Shown here: piece after piece, positions 30,004-40,126 of the stretch
How the letters are laid out: every line of letters starts with the position of its first letter
Position numbering within the stretch: the stretch's first letter is position 1
Notes under the pieces: generated by a model
The model's input: only the letters and a program-made list of their open reading frames with translations
Databases searched by the model: none
What the model was told of the DNA's origin: nothing
Made by a program: the position numbers and the translations under genes
NCBI GenBank assembly: GCA_039589315.1
Contig: JBDHHQ010000001.1
Location: 32,001 to 96,000, forward strand
From: Gemmatimonadota bacterium
GTDB taxonomy: Bacteria; Gemmatimonadota; Gemmatimonadetes; Longimicrobiales; Gaopeijiaceae
Reading direction: 5' to 3'
DNA: 64,000 nucleotides

Positions 30004-30855
30004 ATGAGCTTCCAGGCCCGCCGCCGACCCCTCGGAGAGGGCTCTCTCGACCAGTACCTCAAGGAGATCTCGGCGTATCCGCTCATCGATCGCGATGAGG
30101 AGGCCCGACTCGCCAAGGCGATCCGCCGAGGCGAAGACGAGGCCCTGGACAAGCTCGTCAGGTCCAACCTCCGCTTCGTCGTTTCGGTCGCCAAGAAGTA
30201 CCAGAACCAGGGCGTGCCTCTGGCGGACCTGATCAACGAGGGCAACCTGGGCCTGATCCGGGCGGCCCATAAGTTCGACGAGACCAAGGGGATCAAGTTC
30301 ATCTCCTACGCCGTGTGGTGGATCCGTCAGGCGATCCTGCAGGCGCTGGCCGAGCAGAGCCGGATCGTCCGGGTGCCCCTCAACCGAGCGGGGGCGCTGC
30401 ACCGGATCGGACGGCGAAAGGCCATGCTGCTCCAGGAGCTCGGCCGGGAGCCCACCGTCGAGGAGCTTGCCGACGACCTCGAGCTGACCAAGGAGGAGGT
30501 CGAGAAGACCCTGGCCATCTCCCAGTCTCACCTCTCGCTGGACGCCCCCATGACGCCCGGCGAGGACAATCGGCTCCTGGACTATCTGCCCGATCAGTAC
30601 TCCCCCGGTCCGGAGGACGAGGCCTACGAGCGAGCGCTCAAGGAGACGATCGAAGAGGCGCTGTCCACCCTCAAGGAGCGTGAGGCCAAGATCCTTCGCC
30701 TCTACTTCGGGTTGGATGACCAGGAGCCCATGACGCTGGAGGAGATCGGATCGCTTCTGGGCATCACCCGGGAGCGCGTTCGTCAGATCAAGGAAAAGGC
30801 GCTGCTCAGGCTGCGTCACGCGTCGCGGGCGCGCTTCCTGGAAACCTACCGCTGA
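30004..30855 (+). CDS. RNA polymerase sigma-70 factor, RpoD/SigA family, lacking region 1.1
   Basis: LDQYLKEI, NLRFVVSVAKKY, DLINEGNLGL, YAVWWIRQAI, TRERVRQIKEKAL. Confidence 0.93.
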   Translation: MSFQARRRPLGEGSLDQYLKEISAYPLIDRDEEARLAKAIRRGEDEALDKLVRSNLRFVVSVAKKYQNQGVPLADLINEGNLGLIRAAHKFDETKGIKFISYAVWWIRQAILQALAEQSRIVRVPLNRAGALHRIGRRKAMLLQELGREPTVEELADDLELTKEEVEKTLAISQSHLSLDAPMTPGEDNRLLDYLPDQYSPGPEDEAYERALKETIEEALSTLKEREAKILRLYFGLDDQEPMTLEEIGSLLGITRERVRQIKEKALLRLRHASRARFLETYR

Positions 30856-30916
30856 GGCCCCCCTAAAGCCGCGGAACCCCCCCCACTCCACGGTCTGATG
30901 CGGGGCTCTCGGGCCG

Positions 30917-30945
30917 TTGACACCCCCCAAGGCCTGGACTATCAT
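30917..30945 (+). promoter_or_regulatory. Sigma-70 promoter of the rplM operon
   Basis: TTGACA-N17-TATCAT. Confidence 0.8.
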
Positions 30946-30982
30946 TCAAAGCTCTGTTGCTGAACCTGCTTTTTCGCAGAAA

Positions 30983-31435
30983 ATGAAGACATACACGCCC
31001 AAAGCCACCGAGATCGAGCGCAAGTGGTGGGTCGTCGACGCCGATGGAAAGCCCCTCGGCCGACTGGCCACCGAGGTCGCGCGCGTGCTCCGTGGAAAGC
31101 ACAAGCCGATCTTCACGCCGCACCTCGACGTGGGGGACCACGTCGTGGTGATCAACGCGGAGAAGGTGGCCCTGACGGGGAAGAAGGCCGAGCAGAAGAC
31201 CTACTTCCGGCACAGCGGCTACATGGGCGGAGAGAGGCACATCCCCTTCAAGCGCATGATCGAGAAGAACCCTGAGCGGGTCATCGAGCTCGCCGTCAAG
31301 GGCATGCTCCCAAAGAACACGCTGGGGCGCCACACGCGAAAGAAGCTGCGGGTGTATGCGGGCGGCGAGCATCCGCACGTCGGCCAGGCACCCGAGCCCC
31401 TGGAGATTCGAGCAGGATACGAGCCTAGTTCATGA
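30983..31435 (+). CDS. rplM: 50S ribosomal protein L13
   Basis: MKTY..WWVVDA..LGRLA..LRGKHKP.FTPH.D.GD; KGMLPKN. Confidence 0.97.
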   Translation: MKTYTPKATEIERKWWVVDADGKPLGRLATEVARVLRGKHKPIFTPHLDVGDHVVVINAEKVALTGKKAEQKTYFRHSGYMGGERHIPFKRMIEKNPERVIELAVKGMLPKNTLGRHTRKKLRVYAGGEHPHVGQAPEPLEIRAGYEPSS

Positions 31436-31830
31436 CCGAGTCGACGAACCAGATCCACGCGGTCGGCCGCCGCAAGACCAGCACCGCCCGGGTCACGCTT
31501 CGCCCCGGGCGAGGTGAGTGGTCCATCAACGGCCGCCCCCTCGCCGAGTACTTCCCCCGGAGAGCGCATCAGCTACGCATCGAAGAGGCGCTGCGTGTCG
31601 CCAATGCCGAAGGCCAGTTCGACGTCAGGGTCCGGGTGCGCGGCGGTGGCCTCACCGGCCAGTCGGACGCGATCCGCATGGGTCTCGCCCGTGCCCTCGT
31701 GGCGTATGACGACGAGCACCGCCCCGCCATGCGCACGAATGGCCTGCTCACCCGCGACGCCCGCAAGGTAGAGCGGAAGAAGCCCGGGCAGCCCAAGGCA
31801 CGCAAGCGCTTCCAGTTCAGCAAGCGCTGA
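31432..31830 (+). CDS. rpsI: 30S ribosomal protein S9
   Basis: [34 protein letters not shown]. Confidence 0.97.
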   Translation: MTESTNQIHAVGRRKTSTARVTLRPGRGEWSINGRPLAEYFPRRAHQLRIEEALRVANAEGQFDVRVRVRGGGLTGQSDAIRMGLARALVAYDDEHRPAMRTNGLLTRDARKVERKKPGQPKARKRFQFSKR

Positions 31831-31877
31831 TCATGACTTCGACGGCTACCGAGACAGAGCAGCCCATGGAAGGCGAG

Positions 31878-32807
31878 ATGCAGCAGGTGGGTCTGAACGA
31901 GCTCCTCGAAGCTGGCGTCCATTTCGGGCACCAGACTCGTCGCTGGAACCCGAAGATGCGCAAGTTCATCTTCGCCGAGCGCAACGGGATCCACATCATC
32001 GACTTGCGCAAGACGGTCGATCGTCTCGAGCGGGCCGAGAAGGCGGTGCGGGAGGTGGTACTCCGCGGCGATCAGGTCCTCTTCGTGTGCACCAAGGGGC
32101 AGCTCGGTACCATCATCAAGCAGGAGGCCGAGCGCTGCGGCGCGTTCTACGTGACCGAGCGGTGGCTCGGGGGCATGCTCACGAACTTCCAGACCATCAG
32201 GAAACAGATCCGCAGGTTGAAGGAGCTGGAGCGCGGTCAGGAAGAAAACGCCTTCGAGTTCTACACGAAGAAGGAGCGCCTCCTCCTGGATCGGGAGCGG
32301 CAGAAGCTCGACAAGTACCTCTCTGGCGTGAAGGACATGGGCCGCGTTCCGGGCGCCATGTTCGTCGTCGACGCGCGGCGTGAGCACATCGCCGTGAAGG
32401 AGGCGAACCGCCTCGGGATTCCCGTGATCGCCATCACCGACACCAACGCCGATCCGGATCGGATCGACTACCCGATCCCGGGCAACGACGACGCGATCCG
32501 GTCGGTGAGCCTCATCACCCGGGTGATGGCGAACACGATCGAGGCCGCCCGGAGGCAGGTGCCCGAGGAGCAGAAGAAGCGGGTCCAGGAGCTCGAGGCC
32601 ACGACCTACTCCACCGAGACCGGCGAGAAGACGACCGAAAGCGCCGAACGCCCGCGGCGACGCCCGCGGCGGAAGCGGCGTCCCCGGCCGGAGGTCATCG
32701 CCCAGCACCTGAAGCCCGCCGGCGAGGACGCCGGTGCGGCAGAGGAAGCCGAGGCGCCCGCCGAAGCGGCGCCCGAGCCCGCGACGGAGGGCGGGGCCGC
32801 GGAGTAA
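31878..32807 (+). CDS. rpsB: 30S ribosomal protein S2
   Basis: [38 protein letters not shown]; start at ATG 31878 (31833 and 31866 also in frame). Confidence 0.97.
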   Translation: MQQVGLNELLEAGVHFGHQTRRWNPKMRKFIFAERNGIHIIDLRKTVDRLERAEKAVREVVLRGDQVLFVCTKGQLGTIIKQEAERCGAFYVTERWLGGMLTNFQTIRKQIRRLKELERGQEENAFEFYTKKERLLLDRERQKLDKYLSGVKDMGRVPGAMFVVDARREHIAVKEANRLGIPVIAITDTNADPDRIDYPIPGNDDAIRSVSLITRVMANTIEAARRQVPEEQKKRVQELEATTYSTETGEKTTESAERPRRRPRRKRRPRPEVIAQHLKPAGEDAGAAEEAEAPAEAAPEPATEGGAAE

Positions 32808-32839
32808 CCTCCGGCCAGACAACCCTCCCGGACGGGATC

Positions 32840-32902
32840 GAGGCGGCAGCCGGACGGCGGATGGGCACAGCCCTCCGCCCACCGCTCCCGCCTCTCTTTT
32901 TT
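32840..32902 (+). terminator. Long imperfect hairpin plus U-tract between rpsB and tsf
   Basis: GAGGCGG/CCGCCTC, GGCGGA/TCCGCC and GGGC/GCCC nested arms followed by TCTTTTTT. Confidence 0.65.
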
Positions 32903-32977
32903 GAGAAGCAGGGAAGAGCCCAGCTTGGGCAAAGACGGCAACACCGCAGTACTCAACCACGAGAGCACATGACGACC

Positions 32978-33577
32978 ATGGCAGAGATCAGCGCGAAGGA
33001 CGTGAAGGAGCTCAGGGATCGTACCGCTGCCGGTATGATGGACTGCAAGCGCGCGCTCCAGGAGACCAGCGGTGACATGGAGGCGGCCATCGATCTGCTC
33101 CGAAGCCGCGGCGCTGCAAAGGCAGCGAAGCGGGCCGAGAAGTCGGCCAACGAGGGCACCATCGGCAGCTACATCCACTTCAGCAACAAGATCGGCGTGA
33201 TGGTGGAGCTCAACTGCGAGACGGACTTCGTCGCCAACACCGACGAGTTCAAGCAGTTGGCCAAAGACCTGGCCATGCACGTCGCCTCCTCCAAGCCCCT
33301 CGCGGTGGCCGCCGAGGACGTCGACGAGGCAACCGTGGAGCGGGAGCGACAGGTCTATCTGGAGAAGGTGCGAAACGAGGGAAAGCCCGAGCACATCCAC
33401 GACAAGATCGTGGACGGCATGCTGGCCAAGTTCTTCAAGGAGAACGCGCTTCTGAAGCAGCCCTTCGTGAAGGACCCGGACAAGACCATCGAGCAGCTGG
33501 TGACCGAGGTGTCCGCCAAGACGGGTGAGAGGATCGAGGTGGCTCGCTTCTCTCGCTTCGCGATCGGCGAACGCTGA
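32978..33577 (+). CDS. tsf: Elongation factor Ts (short form)
   Basis: [37 protein letters not shown] 32969 is an alternative start. Confidence 0.96.
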   Translation: MAEISAKDVKELRDRTAAGMMDCKRALQETSGDMEAAIDLLRSRGAAKAAKRAEKSANEGTIGSYIHFSNKIGVMVELNCETDFVANTDEFKQLAKDLAMHVASSKPLAVAAEDVDEATVERERQVYLEKVRNEGKPEHIHDKIVDGMLAKFFKENALLKQPFVKDPDKTIEQLVTEVSAKTGERIEVARFSRFAIGER

Positions 33578-33584
33578 GGGCCTC

Positions 33585-34325
33585 GTGAAGCCGGCGGCCG
33601 ACGACGTGCCCGCGGAGCGTTTCAAGTACGGACGGGTCGTGGTGAAGCTCTCGGGCGAGATGCTCGCCGGGGAGCAAGGCTACGGGATCGATCCCCCCGT
33701 GGTGGACAGGATCACCGACGAAGTCATCCGCATCCACCGCATGGGCGTCTCCCTGGGCCTGGTCATCGGCGGAGGGAACATCGTCCGTGGCGCTACCCAG
33801 AGTCAGAAGGGGATGGATCGGGTGTCGGCCGACTACATGGGGATGTTGGCCACCGTGATCAACGCCTTGGCGGTCCAGGACCTCTTGGAGCGGAAAGGAC
33901 TCGACACGCGCGTGATGACCGCGATTCGCATGGAGGAGCTGGCCGAGCCGTACATTCGGCGTCGTGCGCTCCGGCACCTCGAGAAGGGCCGGGTCGTACT
34001 CTTCGCGGGGGGCACCGGCAACCCGTACTTCTCCACCGACACGGCCGCGGTTCTGCGGGCAATCGAGATGGAGGCGGACGTGTTGATCAAGGCCACGAAG
34101 GTGCCTGGTGTGTTCACGGCCGATCCGGCTAAGGACCCCTCGGCAGAATTCATCCCTGCGATTACCTTCCAGGAGGTCATGGCCCGGGAGCTCGCGGTCA
34201 TGGACGCCCCCGCCGTTTCGCTCTGCAAGGAGAACAACCTCCCCATCGTCGTGCTCAACCTGGAGAAGCCGGGCGCCGTGTCCGCGGCGATCCGCGGGGA
34301 GCGTGTGGGGACGCTCGTGTCCTGA
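33585..34325 (+). CDS. pyrH: UMP kinase
   Basis: [34 protein letters not shown]; start approximate. Confidence 0.96.
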   Translation: MKPAADDVPAERFKYGRVVVKLSGEMLAGEQGYGIDPPVVDRITDEVIRIHRMGVSLGLVIGGGNIVRGATQSQKGMDRVSADYMGMLATVINALAVQDLLERKGLDTRVMTAIRMEELAEPYIRRRALRHLEKGRVVLFAGGTGNPYFSTDTAAVLRAIEMEADVLIKATKVPGVFTADPAKDPSAEFIPAITFQEVMARELAVMDAPAVSLCKENNLPIVVLNLEKPGAVSAAIRGERVGTLVS

Positions 34326-34414
34326 CGGGGCCGAACGGCGGATCGACGCCTGCAGGACTACTGCACATTCGTACAGTGCGCTGGCCAGGTGGCCGGTCGG
34401 GAGACACGCTCGCG

Positions 34415-34966
34415 ATGCCGACGCTGCAAGAAGTAAGGACCCGGATGGACGAATCGTTGGAGGCCGTTCGGCGGGAGTTCGCGACGGTCCGCACGGGAAA
34501 GGCCACGCCGGCCCTGCTCGACACGGTGCGCGTGGACGCGTACGGCTCCAAGATGCCGCTGAATCAGGTGGCCACGGTCGGCACGCCCGAGCCGTCACTC
34601 CTCGTCGTACAGCCTTTCGACAAGAGCCTCATCGGGGACATCGAGAAGGGGATCCTTATCGCCGACCTCGGCCTCAACCCCTCGAATGACGGCTCCATCA
34701 TCCGGATTCCCGTGCCGCCCCTCAACGAGGAGCGGCGCCGGGAGTACGTGAAGCTCCTGCACAAGCTCGCGGAGGAGGGTCGTGTGTCCGTGCGTGTCGC
34801 TCGCCACAAGGGCAACGACGACATCAAGGCGCGCATGAGGGAGCACGAGATCAGCGAGGACGAGGGCCGCCGTCAGCTCACCGAGGTGCAGCGGCTCACC
34901 GATCAGCACATCGGGAAGATCGACGAAATGCTCGAGAAGAAGGAGAAGGAGGTCATGGAGCTGTGA
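34415..34966 (+). CDS. frr: Ribosome recycling factor
   Basis: RTGKATPALLD, LGLNPSNDG, PPLNEERR. Confidence 0.96.
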   Translation: MPTLQEVRTRMDESLEAVRREFATVRTGKATPALLDTVRVDAYGSKMPLNQVATVGTPEPSLLVVQPFDKSLIGDIEKGILIADLGLNPSNDGSIIRIPVPPLNEERRREYVKLLHKLAEEGRVSVRVARHKGNDDIKARMREHEISEDEGRRQLTEVQRLTDQHIGKIDEMLEKKEKEVMEL

Positions 34967-35012
34967 CGCCGCGCGCGCCCGCCGACCAGGTCAGCTCCAC
35001 GCTCCGCTGCCG

Positions 35013-35756
35013 ATGGCATCCGAGCTCCTGAACGAGATTCGCCTCCACGGCGACATCCCGCGCCACGTGGCCATCATCATGGATGGAAATGGACGCTGGG
35101 CCCGTCGCCGTGGTCTGCCCCGTCAGGCCGGTCACGGCCAGGGCATGAAGGCTGTGCGAGAGGTCACCGAGGGAGCGGTGGAAGCCGGCATCCGGGTGCT
35201 CACCCTGTTCGCGTTCTCCACCGAGAACTGGCAGCGTCCCCGCGCCGAGGTCAGCGCCCTCATGGGGCTGCTGCAGCGCTACGCCCGCAAGGAGGAGGCT
35301 GAGCTCAAGAAACGGGGCGTCGAGGTGCACGTCCTGGGGGAGCTCGGGCGCGTGGATCCCTCCACCCGGGGAGCGATCGACCAGATCGTCCGAGCCACGG
35401 CCGGTGGCCAGAACCTCCGCCTCAACCTCATGATCTCCTATTCCGGTCGCGAGGAGATCATCCGCGCCGTGCGAGCGCTGGTCGCACGGGTGTCGTCCGG
35501 TGAGCTCGCCCCCGATCAGATCGACGAAGCCACGTTTCGCACCGGCCTGTTCACCGGCGACCTGCCCGATCCGGATCTACTGATCCGCACCTCGGGCGAG
35601 CACCGCCTGAGCAACTTCCTGCTCTTCCAGATGGCCTACACGGAGCTCCACATCACCGACGTGCTCTGGCCAGACTTCTCCCGCGAGGATTTGTTCGCGG
35701 CCGTTCAGGACTACCAACGCCGGGAACGTCGGTTCGGCCGGGTCACCGCTCCGTAG
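35013..35756 (+). CDS. uppS: Undecaprenyl diphosphate synthase
   Basis: HVAIIMDGNGRWA, FSTENWQRP, DLLIRTSGEHRLSNFLL. Confidence 0.96.
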   Translation: MASELLNEIRLHGDIPRHVAIIMDGNGRWARRRGLPRQAGHGQGMKAVREVTEGAVEAGIRVLTLFAFSTENWQRPRAEVSALMGLLQRYARKEEAELKKRGVEVHVLGELGRVDPSTRGAIDQIVRATAGGQNLRLNLMISYSGREEIIRAVRALVARVSSGELAPDQIDEATFRTGLFTGDLPDPDLLIRTSGEHRLSNFLLFQMAYTELHITDVLWPDFSREDLFAAVQDYQRRERRFGRVTAP

Positions 35757-35804
35757 GGCCGTGCCCTCAGCCGACCCGACCCGCCCGAGGGCCAAGACCC
35801 TCTG

Positions 35805-36680
35805 ATGGCCAGGAGCGAGCTCGCTGCCCGGGTGGCCGTGGCGGTGGTGGGAATCCCGTTCGCGCTCCTCGTGATCTACCTCGGTGGTTGGCTACTCGGT
35901 GTCGTCTTGGCCGTCTTCGCCGGGATCGCCGCGTATGAGTACCAGGAGCTGTCAGCAGCCACCGGCGGGAGGCCCTTCAGCTTCCTCGGTGTAGCCGCGT
36001 CGGTCCTTCTTGTGCTCGCGGCGACGCAGGCACCGTCATTTCCGGGCCTGGCCGCTCGCGGATTCGCGTTGTTGTTGGTTCTGACGCTCACGTGCCTTGC
36101 CCTGGCCGTGTGGCGCCGATGGCCGGACGGCCAACCGATCACGGCTGTTTCGGCCACCGTGGTCGCGGCCATCTACACGGGTGGCTCTCTGGCGTTCGCG
36201 CTCCTCTTGCGGCACCTGCCCCCCGCCACGGGTGGGGAGGCGCTGCCGCTGGCTGGCGCAGCGCTGCTGTTCTTCCCCATCCTGGTCACCTGGGTGGGCG
36301 ACTCCGCCGCATACTTCGCCGGCAGGGCGTGGGGCAAGCGCAAGCTGATCCCTCGCGTCAGTCCGGGTAAGACGGTGGTCGGCGGAGTCGCCGGCCTCGT
36401 CGGCTCGGTGGTGGTCGCCGCGCTCTACGCCGGCCTGGTCCTGCAGGTTTCGCCCCGCCCCGGGTTGAATCCGGCTACCGCGGCGCTCATGGGCCTGGTC
36501 CTCGGGGCCGCGGCCCAGGTCGGCGACCTGGCCGCGTCGGTGATGAAGCGAGAAGCCGGGGTGAAGGACTCGGGCCGCCTGCTTCCGGGTCACGGTGGAG
36601 CCCTCGACCGGTTCGACGCCCTGTTCTTCAACATCCCGCTGGCCTACGCTCTCATAAGAGTCGCGGAGGTGCTGGCTTGA
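35805..36680 (+). CDS. cdsA: Phosphatidate cytidylyltransferase
   Basis: DSAAYFAG, SPGKT, GDL..S.MKR..GVKDSG.LLPGHGG.LDRFD. Confidence 0.94.
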   Translation: MARSELAARVAVAVVGIPFALLVIYLGGWLLGVVLAVFAGIAAYEYQELSAATGGRPFSFLGVAASVLLVLAATQAPSFPGLAARGFALLLVLTLTCLALAVWRRWPDGQPITAVSATVVAAIYTGGSLAFALLLRHLPPATGGEALPLAGAALLFFPILVTWVGDSAAYFAGRAWGKRKLIPRVSPGKTVVGGVAGLVGSVVVAALYAGLVLQVSPRPGLNPATAALMGLVLGAAAQVGDLAASVMKREAGVKDSGRLLPGHGGALDRFDALFFNIPLAYALIRVAEVLA

Positions 36681-37840
36681 TCGACGTCGTCGTCCTTGGG
36701 TCTACGGGCTCCATCGGCAAGAGCACGCTGGCGGTGATCGCCCGTCATCCGGATAAGTTCCGCGTCGTGGCGCTGGCCGCCAACTCGTCCGTGGAAGGGC
36801 TCGCGGCTCAGGTTCAGGTCCATCGCCCAGCCTTCGCCGTCGTGGCCGATCCGTCGGTGCCCGACGACAGGCCCAACTCGCCGAGTACGCGCTGGCTCTC
36901 GGGCCGCGACGCCCTGCTGGAGATGGCCGAGACGCCGGACGCTCACGTCGTAGTGAACGCGATGGTGGGAGCAGCCGGCCTCGAGCCCACGTTGCGGGCC
37001 CTTCGGGCCGGAAAACGGCTCGCGCTCGCCAATAAGGAGTCCCTGGTGGCCGGTGGCCCCCTGGTGCTGGAGGCCGCCCACGCCGGCGGCGGCGAGCTGG
37101 TACCCATCGACAGCGAGCATTCGGCGATCCTGCAGTGTCTGGAAGGGTGCACGCCGTCGGCGGTCTCTCGCATCGTCCTGACCGCGTCCGGTGGACCGTT
37201 CCGGGGGTGGGGAGGTGACGAGCTGGAGCGGGTGCGGCCGGAGGACGCCCTCGACCATCCGACCTGGGATATGGGCGCCAAGATCAGCATCGACTCGGCC
37301 ACCCTCGCCAACAAGGCACTGGAGGTGATCGAAGCCCACTTCCTCTACGAGATGCCGTACGAGCGAATCGGGGCGGTTGTCCACCCCCAGTCGATCATCC
37401 ACTCCTTCGTCGAGCTGGTGGACGGATCCGTGATGGCCCAGTTGGGGTTTCCAACCATGGAGCTCCCGATCCTCTACGCATTGAGCTATCCGCGCAGGGT
37501 GGAGGACGGGGCGCTGCGCACGTTCGACCCGGTGCGGGCCTCCCCGTTGACGTTCGAGGAGGTGGACCGGGCTCGCTTCCCCCTCTTTGGACTCGGTGAG
37601 CAGGCCGGCAGGCGGGGAGGGACGGCCCCTGCGGTGTATAACGCCGCCAACGAGGTCGCCGTCGAGGCGTTCCTCGGGCGGCGCATCGGATTCACCGAGA
37701 TCGCGCGCGTCGTCGAACACGCTTTGGAGGAGTCGGCCGCGGAGTCGGTCGCCAGCGTCGAACATCTACTGGAGGCGGACGCGAGAGCCCGCGCCGCGGC
37801 CCACGAGGCCGTACGGGCCTGCCAGACCGTCCGGTCGTAG
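36677..37840 (+). CDS. dxr: 1-deoxy-D-xylulose-5-phosphate reductoisomerase
   Basis: LGSTGSIG, LANKE, PIDSEHSAI, TASGGPF, HPTWDMGAKISIDSAT. Confidence 0.96.
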   Translation: MIDVVVLGSTGSIGKSTLAVIARHPDKFRVVALAANSSVEGLAAQVQVHRPAFAVVADPSVPDDRPNSPSTRWLSGRDALLEMAETPDAHVVVNAMVGAAGLEPTLRALRAGKRLALANKESLVAGGPLVLEAAHAGGGELVPIDSEHSAILQCLEGCTPSAVSRIVLTASGGPFRGWGGDELERVRPEDALDHPTWDMGAKISIDSATLANKALEVIEAHFLYEMPYERIGAVVHPQSIIHSFVELVDGSVMAQLGFPTMELPILYALSYPRRVEDGALRTFDPVRASPLTFEEVDRARFPLFGLGEQAGRRGGTAPAVYNAANEVAVEAFLGRRIGFTEIARVVEHALEESAAESVASVEHLLEADARARAAAHEAVRACQTVRS

Positions 37841-37849
37841 GACAGAGAC

Positions 37850-39208
37850 ATGACCGTTCTTGCCACCATCATCGTCCTGGGCGTGCTCATCTTCGTGCAC
37901 GAGCTCGGCCACTTCCTCGCGGCGAAGGCCGTGAACATCGAGGTCCAACGCTTCTCCATCGGCCTGGGGCCCGTCATCTGGGGCGTCACGAAGGGCGAGA
38001 CGGAGTACGTCCTGAGCGCGATCCCGCTCGGCGGCTACGTCAAGATGGGCGGGATGGCGGACGAGATGATGGACAAGGTCGAAGGAGGGCCCGTCGAGAC
38101 CGAGCGCCAGCCGGGGCCGCGGGACTTCGACGCGAAGCCCGTGTGGGCCCGGGCGTTCGTGATCTCGGCCGGCGTCATCATGAACATGCTCTTCGCCCTG
38201 GCCGTCTACGTCGGGGCGGCGGCCGTCTGGGGGATCCGGAGCGCGGACACCACCCGCGTCGGGGCCGTCCTGGAGCACGTGCTTCCGGCAGGGGCGGAGT
38301 CGCTGGCCGACATCCAGCCGGGGCAGCGCATCGAGACGATCGGCGATGCGCCCGTCCGGCACTGGGGCGACGTGGAGCGGGGAATCGTGGACGCGGATCC
38401 GGGCCCGTTGACCATCCGGCTGGCGGATCCCGTCACCACCCTCGAAGTCCGGGTTCCCGCCGAGGAGGAAGACCGGGTGCGTATGGCTATCTCGCTGGTG
38501 TTCTGGCGGGATCCGGTGGTGGCGCTGGTCACCCCCGGAGAGCCGGCCTACGAGGGGGGCGTGGAGGCCGGAGACCGGATCCTGGCCGTCGACGGCGAAG
38601 CGGTGACGGGCTGGATGTCGTTCGTGACCATGATCGAGTCCCGGCCGGGAGAGCGGGTCACCCTGAGCCTGGAGCGGGACGGCAGGGAGGTCACCCGCAT
38701 GGTGGGTGTGAACGCCGTCGAGGAAACGGACCCGGTTACGGGCGACGCGCGGACGGTGGGGAAGGTCGGCGTCCAGGTTCAAGAAGTGAGCGCCATCTAC
38801 AGCCCGGTGGACTTCGGCGAGGCGGTTCGCATCGGTTGGAACCGCACCGTGTTCATGACCGACATGATCCTCGACTTCCTGCGGAATCTCTTCACCGGCG
38901 GCGTCTCTCCCCGGTCCCTGGGTAGCATCATCACCATCGGGCAGGCGTCGGGCCAGGCCGCGGCCATGGGAGTCGAGCGCTTCCTCAGCTTCATGGCCCT
39001 GTTCTCCATCAACCTCGCGGTGCTGAACCTCCTGCCCATCCCGATCCTGGACGGCGGACACCTGGTGTTCCTGGGCATCGAGGCAATCCGCGGGAAGGCG
39101 CTCTCCGTGGAGCAGCGCATCCGATGGAGCCAGGTAGGGCTCGTCGTGATCCTGGGGATCATGGTCCTGGCCCTGTCCAACGACGTGCTCCGCCTCTTCG
39201 GTATGTAG
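37850..39208 (+). CDS. rseP: RIP metalloprotease RseP
   Basis: HELGH, IPLGGYVKM, two PDZ-like segments, NLLPIPILDGGH. Confidence 0.95.
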   Translation: MTVLATIIVLGVLIFVHELGHFLAAKAVNIEVQRFSIGLGPVIWGVTKGETEYVLSAIPLGGYVKMGGMADEMMDKVEGGPVETERQPGPRDFDAKPVWARAFVISAGVIMNMLFALAVYVGAAAVWGIRSADTTRVGAVLEHVLPAGAESLADIQPGQRIETIGDAPVRHWGDVERGIVDADPGPLTIRLADPVTTLEVRVPAEEEDRVRMAISLVFWRDPVVALVTPGEPAYEGGVEAGDRILAVDGEAVTGWMSFVTMIESRPGERVTLSLERDGREVTRMVGVNAVEETDPVTGDARTVGKVGVQVQEVSAIYSPVDFGEAVRIGWNRTVFMTDMILDFLRNLFTGGVSPRSLGSIITIGQASGQAAAMGVERFLSFMALFSINLAVLNLLPIPILDGGHLVFLGIEAIRGKALSVEQRIRWSQVGLVVILGIMVLALSNDVLRLFGM

Positions 39209-39304
39209 CCGGCCTGGACCGCCATGTCCGCGCCGGCGCGAGACGGACACCGCCGCGGCGGTTCGTGACGGCCCGTCGAACCACGGCGGTCGGCCGACGG
39301 GCCG

Positions 39305-40126
39305 CTACAGGAACGACAGCTGGGCCGGACCGGTGCGCAGGCGCAGTGCCCCGACGTCGATCAGCTCGGTAGGGTCGTCCTGTCGGGCGACCGCCAGATA
39401 CCCCCGGTACCCCGCCCGCTCGAGGGCTCCGCTCACGACGCGGTGGGCGAGCTCGGGCCGGTTCGATTCGTTGGAGAGATGGGCCAGCAGGATGCCGGCG
39501 AGGCGGGGGTGGAGGAGGTCACACGCCAGGCGCGCGGCCGCGTGGTTGGAGAGGTGGCCGTGACTCGACGCGATCCGCCCTTTGACCGACCAGGGATAGG
39601 GTGCTTCCCGGAGCAGCACCTCATCGTGATTAGCCTCCAACACCAGGAAGTCGCATCCCGACAGGGCGTGCCGGACCTGGGCGGTCGGGCGACCGAGGTC
39701 CGTTGCGAGTCCGATTCGGGTCTCGGTGTGGGGGTCTACGACCGCAACGGCCACCGGGTCCACGGCGTCGTGGACGGTGAGAAAGGGCTCCACCCGGAGC
39801 GAGCCGATCTCGAAGGCACGCCCCGGCCGGTAGGTGCGCACGTCCTCGCTGCCTCGCAGCAGCCGTCGGCAGGCGCGGTGGGTCAGCTCCGTCAGGTAGA
39901 GCGGGACGCCGAAGCGGCGGGCGAGCACCCCGATGCCTCGGGTGTGGTCGCCGTGATCGTGGGTCACGACGATGCCCGCCAGGCTCTCCGCAGCCACGCC
40001 GACGGCGTCGAGACGGCGAACGAGCTCCCGGCCGCTGAATCCGGCGTCCACCAGGATACGGGTGGAGCCGGCCGCGACCAGAATGGAGTTGCCGGCGCTT
40101 CCGCTGCCGAGGACACTGATCCTCAC
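39305..40126 (-). CDS. MBL-fold metallo-hydrolase (YycJ/WalJ-like)
   Basis: LGSGSAGN, THDHGDH, HDA, TDLG, LEANHD, GHLSN, LAHLS; GTG 40126 overlaps the upstream stop. Confidence 0.9.
   Translation of the reverse strand: MRISVLGSGSAGNSILVAAGSTRILVDAGFSGRELVRRLDAVGVAAESLAGIVVTHDHGDHTRGIGVLARRFGVPLYLTELTHRACRRLLRGSEDVRTYRPGRAFEIGSLRVEPFLTVHDAVDPVAVAVVDPHTETRIGLATDLGRPTAQVRHALSGCDFLVLEANHDEVLLREAPYPWSVKGRIASSHGHLSNHAAARLACDLLHPRLAGILLAHLSNESNRPELAHRVVSGALERAGYRGYLAVARQDDPTELIDVGALRLRTGPAQLSFL

Noticed and set aside
30873..30898. GGAACC..GTCTGA sigmaE-like motif upstream of rplM
   Set aside because: Spacer is 2 bp too short, and a near-consensus sigma-70 promoter explains the region
34361..34376. 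CTG-N10-CAG (gammaproteobacterial LexA-box-like) upstream of frr
   Set aside because: Imperfect match, single occurrence, probably the wrong lineage, and frr is not an SOS gene
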